From Candidatus Helarchaeota archaeon (GTDB lineage Archaea > Asgardarchaeota > Lokiarchaeia > Helarchaeales > RDOG01), in the NCBI GenBank assembly GCA_019058315.1, contig JAHPZH010000003.1, positions 428,451-492,450 of the forward strand: 64,000 nucleotides of DNA. The letters run 5' to 3'. This document shows positions 53,342 to 62,348 of this stretch, piece by piece (position 1 is the first letter of the stretch; each line of letters begins with the position of its first letter). The notes under the pieces are model-generated. The model had not been told where the DNA came from and ran no database searches. It saw only the letters and a list, made by a program, of their open reading frames with translations. The translations under genes and the position numbers were made by a program.

Positions 53342-53977
53342 TTAGGATATTGATTTGATCATATTTTCCTTTGAATTTACATTGATATTGAAATATGTAC
53401 TACTTAAGTTTGTATAATTCCATGTCCGAGGCAAGTCTGTATCTTTATACTCATTTATTTTTGCAGAAGCTACATAGATTGTCCCGTCAATCATAGGTGA
53501 ATTGACAACCTTTGTAGGTTTTCCAGACATATCTAATAATGGTTTAGTTTTTAAACTAAAGATTCCGGGAATATCAATCGAAAATTTTGCCGCTGGACCC
53601 TTTCGTAAGATTTTTTTGGTGAAATTAATTTCTGCTTTTTTTATTTTAAGCAATTCGCCGAAGCCCTTCCAAATTTTTGTAAAAATCTTTTCTAACGCAT
53701 TTGCTTGCTCATCATTAGCATTTTGATCGATATAGAGGATTCCTTTCCAGTTTCCCATGCCTTCCATGATTGTCTTTCCTTCTGGGGTAATAAAGCCGAT
53801 ACTTATTATCGTTCCGCTTATATCTACATCTCCATATTTTCCTTCATCTATATTCATTGTCATAACACCCTCGCAGCAGCCTCTAGGAAATGGAGATAAA
53901 AAGTAAGCAGGACATATTGGCGGTGATCCACAAGCTTCAACCCAATCTCCTTTAAAATACCATTCAACTTCAGACAA
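53342..53977 (-). CDS. DUF1326-family protein
   Basis: W..KG...EAC....CP, CEG, I.EG.YGDVDISG, GNW...LYID..A..EQ..ALE.IF. Confidence 0.7.
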   Translation of the reverse strand: MSEVEWYFKGDWVEACGSPPICPAYFLSPFPRGCCEGVMTMNIDEGKYGDVDISGTIISIGFITPEGKTIMEGMGNWKGILYIDQNANDEQANALEKIFTKIWKGFGELLKIKKAEINFTKKILRKGPAAKFSIDIPGIFSLKTKPLLDMSGKPTKVVNSPMIDGTIYVASAKINEYKDTDLPRTWNYTNLSSTYFNINVNSKENMIKSIS

Positions 53978-54046
53978 ATTAACACCTCTTAATATTTTTT
54001 AGATTCTAAGAAATATTCTAAATATTGAATTTAATTTTTTTACCCA

Positions 54047-55057
54047 TTATTTTTTTTCCATATTTTCAATAAGATGAAAACAATATGGATTGTTGTGAAA
54101 TTTATTTGTTAAAATATAAGAAACCGAATTACAGCCCCCCTTACATTGAATTCCAAATTTACAATCTTTACAATTTGGTCCCAATTTTGATTTCTCAAAT
54201 TTTCTATTATATGCAAAATTACTCGGGTTTTCCCAGATATCTATTAAACTCTCATTTCTCACATTTCCCTCTATAAAACGATCGTTTCCCATTGATAAAC
54301 AACCCACAATCCCACCATCACTCGTTATTCCTATACTACTTATTCCTGCCCAGCAGCCATCCCATTGAGAAAGAGGTAAATTTGCAGAATAATATCCAAG
54401 ACAGTGAGCCCCTACGACCGGTAAATCATCAAATAAATTATTTTTTCTCATAGCAGCTATGAATTTTCCCGTTTCATAAAATTCTTCTTTTGATAACATC
54501 TTATCTTTTTTGAAATTCCCAAATGGCATTGCGGTTTGTATTTGCCAGTTTATTCCCTTTTTAAATATGAAATCTTTAATCAAGGGCAAGTCTCCAAAAT
54601 TAATTCTACTCACCGTTGTGATAATTGTTATCTGTATTTCGTTTTCTCTTAATAATTCAATAGCTTTTACAGATTTTTCCCAAGTTCCTTTCCCTCTTAT
54701 TAAATCATGGCTTTCTTGCATTCCATCAATACTGATCCCAATAACTTGTGGTTCAAGTCGAGTTATTTCTTCGATATATCGATCTAAAATAATACCGTTA
54801 GATACAAAATTTACGTTCATGCCAAGATCTTTGATGCATTGAGCAACAGAAAGCCAATCATTTCTTAGAAATGGCTCTCCTCCCATTAGAGCTACTTCTT
54901 CACAACCAAGTTCGGCCAATTCTTCACAGAGTTTAAAACATTCCTTTGTGTTCAATTCATCAGGTCTGGCTTTACCTGCAGATGAGCCACAGTGAGAACA
55001 ATTTAGATTACATTCTAATGTAAATTCCCATATTGCACATTCTAATTGGTAATTCAT
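54047..55057 (-). CDS. Radical SAM/SPASM peptide maturase, PlpX/splicease-like
   Basis: WEFTLECNLNCSHCGS (CX3CX2C), GGEP, SIDG, WQIQ...P.GN, GYY; SPASM C-X17-C ... CX2CX5CX3CX16C ending NNPYC.H. Confidence 0.88.
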   Translation of the reverse strand: MNYQLECAIWEFTLECNLNCSHCGSSAGKARPDELNTKECFKLCEELAELGCEEVALMGGEPFLRNDWLSVAQCIKDLGMNVNFVSNGIILDRYIEEITRLEPQVIGISIDGMQESHDLIRGKGTWEKSVKAIELLRENEIQITIITTVSRINFGDLPLIKDFIFKKGINWQIQTAMPFGNFKKDKMLSKEEFYETGKFIAAMRKNNLFDDLPVVGAHCLGYYSANLPLSQWDGCWAGISSIGITSDGGIVGCLSMGNDRFIEGNVRNESLIDIWENPSNFAYNRKFEKSKLGPNCKDCKFGIQCKGGCNSVSYILTNKFHNNPYCFHLIENMEKK

Positions 55058-55069
55058 TATTATTCCTAG

Positions 55070-55267
55070 TTATTTCCTCGAATAAACACCATAGCTTGGT
55101 GGAGCAGGTTTTGGGATGGGACGTTTCTTTTCTTTGTCTTTATTTTTGGGACCGGGATTTGATATAGGATTTGACTTAGAAGACGGTTTCGGTGGTGGAG
55201 GAGATCCTTTTTGGTGATAAGGGTATCCTCGTTTGGGATGTTTGGTTACTTTTTTTTCTTTTTCCAT
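55070..55267 (-). CDS. Putative RiPP precursor peptide 3 (65 aa)
   Basis: MEKEKKVTKHPKRGYPY...KNKDKE...APPSYGVYSRK; ends 12 nt before the rSAM start. Confidence 0.8.
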   Translation of the reverse strand: MEKEKKVTKHPKRGYPYHQKGSPPPPKPSSKSNPISNPGPKNKDKEKKRPIPKPAPPSYGVYSRK

Positions 55268-55303
55268 AATATTTTACCCATTGATACATCTAATATAATT
55301 TAA

Positions 55304-55441
55304 TTAATCTAGTTTATAAACACCATAACGTGGCGGTGATTTGGGCTCTATTTTTTCTTCATCTGACTTATCTTTTAATTTAATTGATGATGTGTTTTTA
55401 AACGGATAACCCTTTTTTTTTGTTTCTTTCTTAATACTCAT
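55304..55441 (-). CDS. Putative RiPP precursor peptide 2 (45 aa, not in ORF track)
   Basis: Manual translation MSIKKETKKKGYPFKNTSSIKLKDKSDEEKIEPKSPPRYGVYKLD; AGGAGG just upstream of the ATG. Confidence 0.8.
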   Translation of the reverse strand: MSIKKETKKKGYPFKNTSSIKLKDKSDEEKIEPKSPPRYGVYKLD

Positions 55442-55442
55442 G

Positions 55443-55583
55443 TTAATACCTCCTTTTATAAACCCCATATTTAGGAGGGGATTCTTCTTTAAGTGGACTA
55501 ATTTCCTTCTCTTTATCCTTTGATTTTAAATTTTTTGGAATTGAAAATGGATATCCTTTTCTTTTTTCTTTTTTTGAACTCAA
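55443..55583 (-). CDS. Putative RiPP precursor peptide 1 (46 aa, TTG start, not in ORF track)
   Basis: Manual translation MSSKKEKRKGYPFSIPKNLKSKDKEKEISPLKEESPPKYGVYKRRY; GAGG upstream; stop 1 nt before the next ATG. Confidence 0.8.
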   Translation of the reverse strand: MSSKKEKRKGYPFSIPKNLKSKDKEKEISPLKEESPPKYGVYKRRY

Positions 55584-55656
55584 ATGAATTCCTCAATTTT
55601 CCTTATAATTTGTATTAACTAATTTAATATTAAATAGATTTGGGTTCTTTTTATTA

Positions 55657-56937
55657 CTATTCAATAATTGGTTCTCTTGGAATGTCAAAGCTTTTCTTAT
55701 TTTTAAATTCCTTTAATTCAAGTTCAATTTTCTCCTTACCTATTTTATCTTGAACTATGGTCAAAGCTTTTTCGTAATTTTGTATAATTTTATGATTTTT
55801 AAATTCCAAAATACAGCCCAGTCGTGCAATATTCCAATAGATTAGGTAATTATCAGGATTTAACTTTGAAGATGTTAAAAAATAATCTAAAGCTTGACTG
55901 AAATTTTGTTTATAAAAATTTTTTATACCAAAATTGAATAATTTGTCAGCTTGTAGTAGAATTAATTCAAAATCGAATATTTTGATATCTTTAGGCTCTA
56001 AATTTAAAATATAACTTAATCTTTCACTATAATCCTCGGGATAATTTAATATATCTAATATTAAATTCTCTAAATGGCTAATAAATTCTTTAAATTCGCT
56101 TTCTAATTCACCCAAATTTTTCTTTTTTTTCATCCATAATGAAAAAACTTTTTCATGGAATTTGATTTCAGCTAATTTCATTAGAAATTTGATTTTAGCT
56201 TCCATTTCTGTCGGTTTTAAAATACCAGCGGATAAACATTCCTCAAGAAATACTAATGGAATCTGTGGTGTGCAAATTATGGTTTGAGATATTAGTTTAT
56301 TTTGCCAGTTTTCATCATTATCAAAGATTTCAAATGCGGTTTTAAGCTGATCTTCAAGGGGAATTAATACAAAGGAATCGTTAATCTTTAGTTTATTACT
56401 TAAATTCTTCCTAAAACAGGCAAAAAGATGTTTTTTGGAAGAATTTTGAGGTTTTTCACAAATTATTCTCAATCCATATTCATATTTATGGGTTTTTTGT
56501 TCTTCTTTCCTTATATTTCCAAAACCAATTTCTTCTAAAAGCTCCTTGATTAATTTATAAGTAAAACCAGTTTTGTGTTGCATCCCTCTACTATCTATTC
56601 CATAAATCCATCTCAATGTTATTTTTTGATTATCCAGATCTTCAGCAACTAGTTTTTCAAAGGATTTCTCAAGGTCAGGAGTTTCTAATATTAATTTTCC
56701 CGATGGAATCAGAATTCTAAACCAATCACTAAGAATATATTTAGAATGGATATAATCAAAATGCTCAATTAATTGATCAGCTTCAATTAAATCAATAGTA
56801 TTGGATTCAAATGGAAGATTATCAATGTCGTAGATTTCATCTGCTACATCTTTATTATATTTGTCGATATTAATATAACCAGGTTTATATTTTGAACCAC
56901 ATCCGAGGTTAAGCTTGATTTTCATCCAATTCTTCAC
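55657..56937 (-). CDS. Class I SAM-dependent methyltransferase fused to a helical/TPR C-terminus
   Basis: LNLGCG motif I, LPF...D, IEH, RIL.P.GKL; TPR-like LFNFG...ALDYF....LNPDN...WN.A. Confidence 0.8.
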   Translation of the reverse strand: MKNWMKIKLNLGCGSKYKPGYINIDKYNKDVADEIYDIDNLPFESNTIDLIEADQLIEHFDYIHSKYILSDWFRILIPSGKLILETPDLEKSFEKLVAEDLDNQKITLRWIYGIDSRGMQHKTGFTYKLIKELLEEIGFGNIRKEEQKTHKYEYGLRIICEKPQNSSKKHLFACFRKNLSNKLKINDSFVLIPLEDQLKTAFEIFDNDENWQNKLISQTIICTPQIPLVFLEECLSAGILKPTEMEAKIKFLMKLAEIKFHEKVFSLWMKKKKNLGELESEFKEFISHLENLILDILNYPEDYSERLSYILNLEPKDIKIFDFELILLQADKLFNFGIKNFYKQNFSQALDYFLTSSKLNPDNYLIYWNIARLGCILEFKNHKIIQNYEKALTIVQDKIGKEKIELELKEFKNKKSFDIPREPIIE

Positions 56938-57949
56938 TTTTTTTAAAATTCGCTTTTAATAATTTGAATAGTCTTAAAGTGCTTGTTGCTGCTTCATCAT
57001 TAGGATCTAATTTGAGTGCTTGTTCTAGGCACTCAATGCCCTTTGATATATTTGCTAGATTACTTTTTCCATATAAATAACCCATATAATACCATGCTTT
57101 ACTGTTTTTCGGATCGATCTCAGTTACTTTTTCCAGATACTTAATAGATTTTTGATAAGCTTCTATTTTAGCATAAGCAGATGCTAACTTAAACATTGCG
57201 ATGCTATCTTCTGGGTCGATTTCGACTTCAATTTCACGACATTCTAGTACTCTATATTCTTTTCCGATAATTTCATAAATGTCCCCCAATTTAGTCCATG
57301 CTTCTTTGTAATTTGGATCTGTCTTGACTGCTTTATCAAGACATTCAATAGCTTTCTTATATTTTTTGAGATTAAGGAATGCAAGCCCCATAACAAACCA
57401 AGCTTCACTTCCCATAGGATCCAGTCGTACAATTTTTTCAAAAGATTTTATGGCTTTTCTATAACTTTCTATGGAAACATAAGAATTTCCCAAGTTTAAC
57501 CAAGCTTGTTTAAACTTTGGGAAAATTTCTACAGCTTTTTCATAGCAATTAATTGCTTTTTGTGGATCTTTTAGTTTATCATGAGAAATTCCCATGTTAA
57601 ACCAATAATTTTGATTATTTTCATCAATTTTTATAGCTTTATTAAAACAAACAATTGCTTTATTATATCTTTTTAACATGTTACAAGCCAAACCTAGATT
57701 ATACCACCCAACCTTATTATTCGGATCGATTGTGACAGCTTTTGTACAGTAATTTATTGTTTTTTCATAATCTCCATATATTTTACCAATATAGAGACCT
57801 AAATAATTCCAAGCCATACTATGATTTGGATCTATCTTAACAGCATTAATAAAACACTGAATTGCTTTTTTTAAATCGGCTTTTTGAGCTAAATATAAAC
57901 CCCTATCAAACCATTCTTTGGCTGCCATTCCCGTTATTAATTTTGACAT
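56909..57949 (-). CDS. TPR-repeat protein
   Basis: About 9 x 34-aa TPRs; overlaps the start of the methyltransferase. Confidence 0.92.
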   Translation of the reverse strand: MSKLITGMAAKEWFDRGLYLAQKADLKKAIQCFINAVKIDPNHSMAWNYLGLYIGKIYGDYEKTINYCTKAVTIDPNNKVGWYNLGLACNMLKRYNKAIVCFNKAIKIDENNQNYWFNMGISHDKLKDPQKAINCYEKAVEIFPKFKQAWLNLGNSYVSIESYRKAIKSFEKIVRLDPMGSEAWFVMGLAFLNLKKYKKAIECLDKAVKTDPNYKEAWTKLGDIYEIIGKEYRVLECREIEVEIDPEDSIAMFKLASAYAKIEAYQKSIKYLEKVTEIDPKNSKAWYYMGYLYGKSNLANISKGIECLEQALKLDPNDEAATSTLRLFKLLKANFKKSEELDENQA

Positions 57950-58034
57950 TTAGATTCCCTAACTAAAGATCAAATTCTTTTATTTTCCTCCATTGTACAA
58001 GATTTTTTGTATTATATTAAATTTTATATTATTG

Positions 58035-59042
58035 TTAATTGGCTTCTAAATTTTCTTTCATCAATTTTAATAAGGCTAAAACTCTTAATGCCTCATCATT
58101 AGTTGAGTCCAATTTTAAGGCTTCCTCTACGCATTCAATCCCCTTCTTTGGATCCTCCAAATCACCATAAAAGAGCCCCATATTATACCAAGCTTCTATA
58201 TTATTTGGATCAAGCTTAATAACCTTATCGAAACATTCAATCCCTTTTTGATGATCACCATCACTACCATATGCAACACCCTGGTTATATAATGCATCAA
58301 TATATTTTGGATCTAAATTAAGTGCTTTTTGATACCATTTGATAGCCAATTTATGTTTATTTTGGTTGCTATAGGCAACTCCTACGTAATTCATAGATAT
58401 TTTATCTTGGGGGTTACATCTTACTGCTTTTTGGTAACTTTTAACAGCTTTGGAATAATCTTCTAATCTTAGATGTGTATAACCAATAGCTGCGTAAGTT
58501 TTAGAATTTTTCTTATCAATTTCAACAGCTTTTTCTAAACAATCGATTGCTTTATGGTAATCTTCTAATTCGATATATGTAATTCCCATGTCAAACCAGC
58601 TATCTTTATAATTTGGATTGATTTTTACTGACTCTTCATAGCAATCAATAGCTTCTTTTAATTTACCTGTTTTTTGATATGCAATACCAATATCGTGTAA
58701 GTAGAGTGTTCGAGTAGGCATTATTTTTAGTGCTTTTTTGAAATAGGGAATTGCCTCTTGATATCTTTTTAACTTATTGAGAGCCCATCCCACACTATGC
58801 AAAGCGTAGCGATCATTGGGATCTAGTTTAACTGCTTCTTCACAGTATTTCAAGGTCGTTTGATAATCACCAAGTTGACCCAAAAACCATCCGTAGTTAT
58901 TTAGAGCTTCTAGATTCTTAGGGTCTATTTTTAATACATTTCCAAAGCATTCAGCTGCCATTTGATAATTTTCCTCTCTAGAGTATTTAAATCCAAGGTT
59001 AGCCCATTGTTTAGCATCTTTTCCTTTAACTGTTTTTGGCAG
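58035..59042 (-). CDS. TPR-repeat protein (335 aa if started at CTG 59042)
   Basis: Frame stays open 27 codons above the tracked ATG (LPKTVKGKDAKQWANLG...), completing the first TPR; in-frame TAG at 59052-59054. Confidence 0.85.
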   Translation of the reverse strand: MPKTVKGKDAKQWANLGFKYSREENYQMAAECFGNVLKIDPKNLEALNNYGWFLGQLGDYQTTLKYCEEAVKLDPNDRYALHSVGWALNKLKRYQEAIPYFKKALKIMPTRTLYLHDIGIAYQKTGKLKEAIDCYEESVKINPNYKDSWFDMGITYIELEDYHKAIDCLEKAVEIDKKNSKTYAAIGYTHLRLEDYSKAVKSYQKAVRCNPQDKISMNYVGVAYSNQNKHKLAIKWYQKALNLDPKYIDALYNQGVAYGSDGDHQKGIECFDKVIKLDPNNIEAWYNMGLFYGDLEDPKKGIECVEEALKLDSTNDEALRVLALLKLMKENLEAN

Positions 59043-59071
59043 TCTGATCTCCTACTTACATTTTATAATTA

Positions 59072-60073
59072 TTAATTAGAATCCAAATTTTCTTTCATCA
59101 ATTTTAATAAGGCTAAAACTCTTAATGCCTCATCATTATTTGAGTCCAATTTTAAAGCTTCCTCTACGCATTCAATCCCCTTCTTTGGATCCTCTAAATC
59201 ACCATAAAAGAGCCCCATATTATACCAAGCTTCAATATTATTTGGATCAAGCTTAATAACTTTATCGAAGCATTCGATTCCTTTTTGATGATCACCATCA
59301 CTACCATATGCAACACCCTGGTTATATAACGCATCAATATATTTTGGGTCTATTTTAAGTGCTTTTTGATACCATTTGATAGCTAATTTATGTTTATCTT
59401 GGTTGCTATAGGCAACTCCTACGTAATTCATAGATATTTTATCTTTAGGATCACATCTTACTGCTTTTTGGTAACTTTTAACAGCTTTGGGATAAACCTC
59501 TAAGCTTAGGTATGCATAACCAATAGCTGAGTAAGCTTTACAGTTTTTCTTTCCAGTAGCTTTTTCTAAACAATCAATTGCTTTATGGAAATCTTTTAAT
59601 TCTAAATACGTAATTCCCATGTCAAACCAGCCGTCTTGGAATTTTGGGTCGATTTTTACTGACTTTTCATAGCAATCAATAGCTTTTTTTAATTTACCCG
59701 TTTTTTGATATGCAAAACCAAGATCGTGTAAGTAGTCTGTTCGTCCAGATATTATTTTCATCGCTTTTTTGAAATTAGGAATTGCTTCTTGATATCTTTG
59801 TAACTTATTGAGAGCCCAGCCTACACTATGCCAAGCGTAATGATAATTAGGATCAAGTTTCACCGCCTCTTCACAGTATTTCAAGGTCTTTTGATAATCA
59901 CCAAGCTGACCTGAAAACCAACCATAGTTATTTAAAGCATCTACATTCTTAGGTTCTATTTTTAGTACATTTCCAAAGCTTTCAGCTGCCTTTTGAAAGT
60001 TATTCTCACCAGAATATTTATATCCGAGCTCAGACCATTGTTTGGCGTTCTTTCCTTTAACCGTCTTTGGCAG
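59072..60073 (-). CDS. TPR-repeat protein, recent tandem duplicate (333 aa if started at CTG 60073)
   Basis: Frame stays open 63 codons above the tracked TTG (LPKTVKGKNAKQWSELG...); highly similar to 58035-59042. Confidence 0.85.
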   Translation of the reverse strand: MPKTVKGKNAKQWSELGYKYSGENNFQKAAESFGNVLKIEPKNVDALNNYGWFSGQLGDYQKTLKYCEEAVKLDPNYHYAWHSVGWALNKLQRYQEAIPNFKKAMKIISGRTDYLHDLGFAYQKTGKLKKAIDCYEKSVKIDPKFQDGWFDMGITYLELKDFHKAIDCLEKATGKKNCKAYSAIGYAYLSLEVYPKAVKSYQKAVRCDPKDKISMNYVGVAYSNQDKHKLAIKWYQKALKIDPKYIDALYNQGVAYGSDGDHQKGIECFDKVIKLDPNNIEAWYNMGLFYGDLEDPKKGIECVEEALKLDSNNDEALRVLALLKLMKENLDSN

Positions 60074-60149
60074 TCGAATCTCCTACTTTGGTTTTATGGT
60101 ATCTTTTATTTGTAATAATATTAAAATGATTTTAGTTTTAAAATAACTT

Positions 60150-60974
60150 ATGTCAAATACTCTTAAAAAATGGCAAGATTATGGATTAAAATTTGATAAA
60201 TATTTACGCACAAATACATTTCCCTTAGCATTTAGACTTTTAGGAGAAGATGAGAAGTTCCCAGAAAATTGTCGTAGACCAAAAAAAGACTTCGGGTTTA
60301 AAATCTTTCTATGTCAAGCTATTAAAATGTCAAGGCATTATGGTTGGACTATAGGGTTAAATCAAGACGATAATGCATGTCAAATTTCCTCCCCTCTATT
60401 AAATTGGGTTCAAACTTCCTTAGATGAAAATCAAAAATTTTTATCCCAATTTATGATTGGGCTGTATGCTAAAAATTCAAAAGTTATAGAGACTTACCAA
60501 TCAAATTTATCGTCTCTTCAGACGAAAAATAATGGTCTAGTTATTTCTCCGCTCTCTTGGACAAAAGTTGAACCAACAATAGTTGCAATTTATTGTAACC
60601 CCGCTCAAATTATGCGCCTAACCCAAGCATACTTATATTATGATGAGGAAACGGGACAAATAGAGTCCTCATCTTCTGGAAGGGCTGGTACATGTCATGA
60701 TGGAATTGTACAGACTATTCTAACAAATCAACCTCGAATTGTGGTTCCCGGTAATGGGGATAGAGTATGGGGTATGGCACAAGATCATGAAATGCTCTTC
60801 ACAATTCCAGCAGATAAAGTAGATCAATTAGTTACAGGGCTTATTGAAACCCACAAGGCAGGATTAAGATACCCGATTCCTACCTATTTGAGATTTCAAC
60901 CAGGGTTCCAATCTGATTTCGAAAAACTCGCAATCAAAAGAGCTGGTAAAACAATAGCTTCCCAAGATGATTAA
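60150..60974 (+). CDS. DUF169-family protein
   Basis: LRTNTFPLA, LCQA..MSR.YGW, NAC, NPAQ.MRL, PGNGDR. Confidence 0.8.
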   Translation: MSNTLKKWQDYGLKFDKYLRTNTFPLAFRLLGEDEKFPENCRRPKKDFGFKIFLCQAIKMSRHYGWTIGLNQDDNACQISSPLLNWVQTSLDENQKFLSQFMIGLYAKNSKVIETYQSNLSSLQTKNNGLVISPLSWTKVEPTIVAIYCNPAQIMRLTQAYLYYDEETGQIESSSSGRAGTCHDGIVQTILTNQPRIVVPGNGDRVWGMAQDHEMLFTIPADKVDQLVTGLIETHKAGLRYPIPTYLRFQPGFQSDFEKLAIKRAGKTIASQDD

Positions 60975-61063
60975 TCCTTAATTTAATTTCGGACTTAGTC
61001 AATATTAATGGAAAATATAGTAATTACAAGTATTTGAATTAAGATTGATGATCAAATTAAATA

Positions 61064-62062
61064 GTGTTGAAATTGCAGAAAAAAGTTAAAAAAATTAAAT
61101 TACCAGGCACGGACATTGAAGTTAGTCCACTCGGGCTTGGGGTTTGGCAATTTGCAGGTGGTCATGGATTTAATAAATACATTTGGTCAAAAGAAATTCC
61201 CGAAGAAACAAGGAACGATATCGTAAAAGCTGCATTAGACGGAGGAATAAATTGGTTTGATACAGCAGAGGCATATGGAGGAGGCAGATCGGAGAGAAAC
61301 TTAGCAAGTGCTCTTAAAGCAAATGAAGTAAAGGATGAAGAAGTTTATATTGCCGATAAATGGATGCCTATGATGAGATTTGCAGGGAACTTAAAAAAGA
61401 CTATTCAGAAACGTCTTGAAGCTTTAGATGGGTATACCATCGATCTTCATCAAATCCATCAACCTTATTCACTTTCCACAACTAGAGCCCAGATGAACGC
61501 CATGGCTGATTTGGTGGAAGAGGGTAAAATTAGATCTGTTGGAGTTAGTAATTTTTCTAAGAAAAAGATGATTAAAGCATACGATGCATTAAAAGATCGT
61601 GGATTATCTCTTGTCTCAAATCAAGTACATTATAGCTTGCTTACTCGAACTATTGAAAAAAATGGTGTATTGGATACCGCGAAAGAACTTGGAATTAGGA
61701 TCATCAGTTGGAGTCCTCTTGAACAAGGAACACTTACGGGTAAATACCATAAAGATCCGAGTCTTCTTAAGAATTTAACTTTCATTAGAAGAAGAATTAT
61801 GCCTAATATTAAGAAAAAAACGAAAAAAAGTATGGCATTAATGGAGGCTATTGAAGAGATAGCTAAAGCTCACGAAGTTACACCATCTCAAGTCGCACTT
61901 AATTGGCTCATTAATTTTCATGGAGACACTGTATTAGCAATCCCTGGAGCATCAAAAGTTCATCACGTTGAATCAAATGTTGGTGCGATGTACTTCGAGT
62001 TATCCAAGGATGAAATGGACAGAATCGATGAGCTATCAAGACCTCTCAATAAAATGAAATAA
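61064..62062 (+). CDS. Aldo/keto reductase
   Basis: LGLG.W, FDTAEAYG, K, DL.QIH, GKIRSVGVSNF, IPG. Confidence 0.92.
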   Translation: MLKLQKKVKKIKLPGTDIEVSPLGLGVWQFAGGHGFNKYIWSKEIPEETRNDIVKAALDGGINWFDTAEAYGGGRSERNLASALKANEVKDEEVYIADKWMPMMRFAGNLKKTIQKRLEALDGYTIDLHQIHQPYSLSTTRAQMNAMADLVEEGKIRSVGVSNFSKKKMIKAYDALKDRGLSLVSNQVHYSLLTRTIEKNGVLDTAKELGIRIISWSPLEQGTLTGKYHKDPSLLKNLTFIRRRIMPNIKKKTKKSMALMEAIEEIAKAHEVTPSQVALNWLINFHGDTVLAIPGASKVHHVESNVGAMYFELSKDEMDRIDELSRPLNKMK

Positions 62063-62126
62063 AGAAATTGGATGTTTATATTAATTCAAATTAATCCAGG
62101 TTTATTTTAAAATTAGTTGAGAAAGT

Positions 62127-62348
62127 TCAATCTTCTGTAATTTTTTCTATTAACTCTAAGATTGACTCAATTTCTTTCCCGATCTCAAGTGCACGTTTCG
62201 TTAAATCTTCGAGAATCTCGGGATCATTTTCCTCTTTTTCAAGTTCAAAAAGTGCATTTTGAAGTTGTTGGAGTGCCGTGACATAATTCCAAATCCTTTG
62301 TTGTGATTTATTTTTTAAGTTTTGAATACTTTTATCTGATAAAGTCAT
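62127..62348 (-). CDS. Small acidic helical protein
   Basis: 73 aa; start overlaps the upstream stop (ATGA). Confidence 0.55.
   Translation of the reverse strand: MTLSDKSIQNLKNKSQQRIWNYVTALQQLQNALFELEKEENDPEILEDLTKRALEIGKEIESILELIEKITED

Noticed and set aside
54047-55057. The rSAM as activating enzyme for the two glycyl radical enzymes
   Set aside because: It has a SPASM domain and peptide-maturase motifs, lacks the GRE-activase N-terminal DGPG.R...F..GC pattern, and sits beside peptide genes.
1602-57441. Numerous 60-150 aa antisense or alternate-frame ORFs (e.g. 1602, 3417, 15186, 23191, 35055, 36705, 43784, 54510, 57244)
   Set aside because: They lie within well-supported genes and show no recognisable motifs.
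58035-60073. Frameshift or pseudogene explanation for the short TPR ORF calls
   Set aside because: Manual translation shows both frames open up to the CTG; the truncated calls result from the start-codon set used by the ORF finder.
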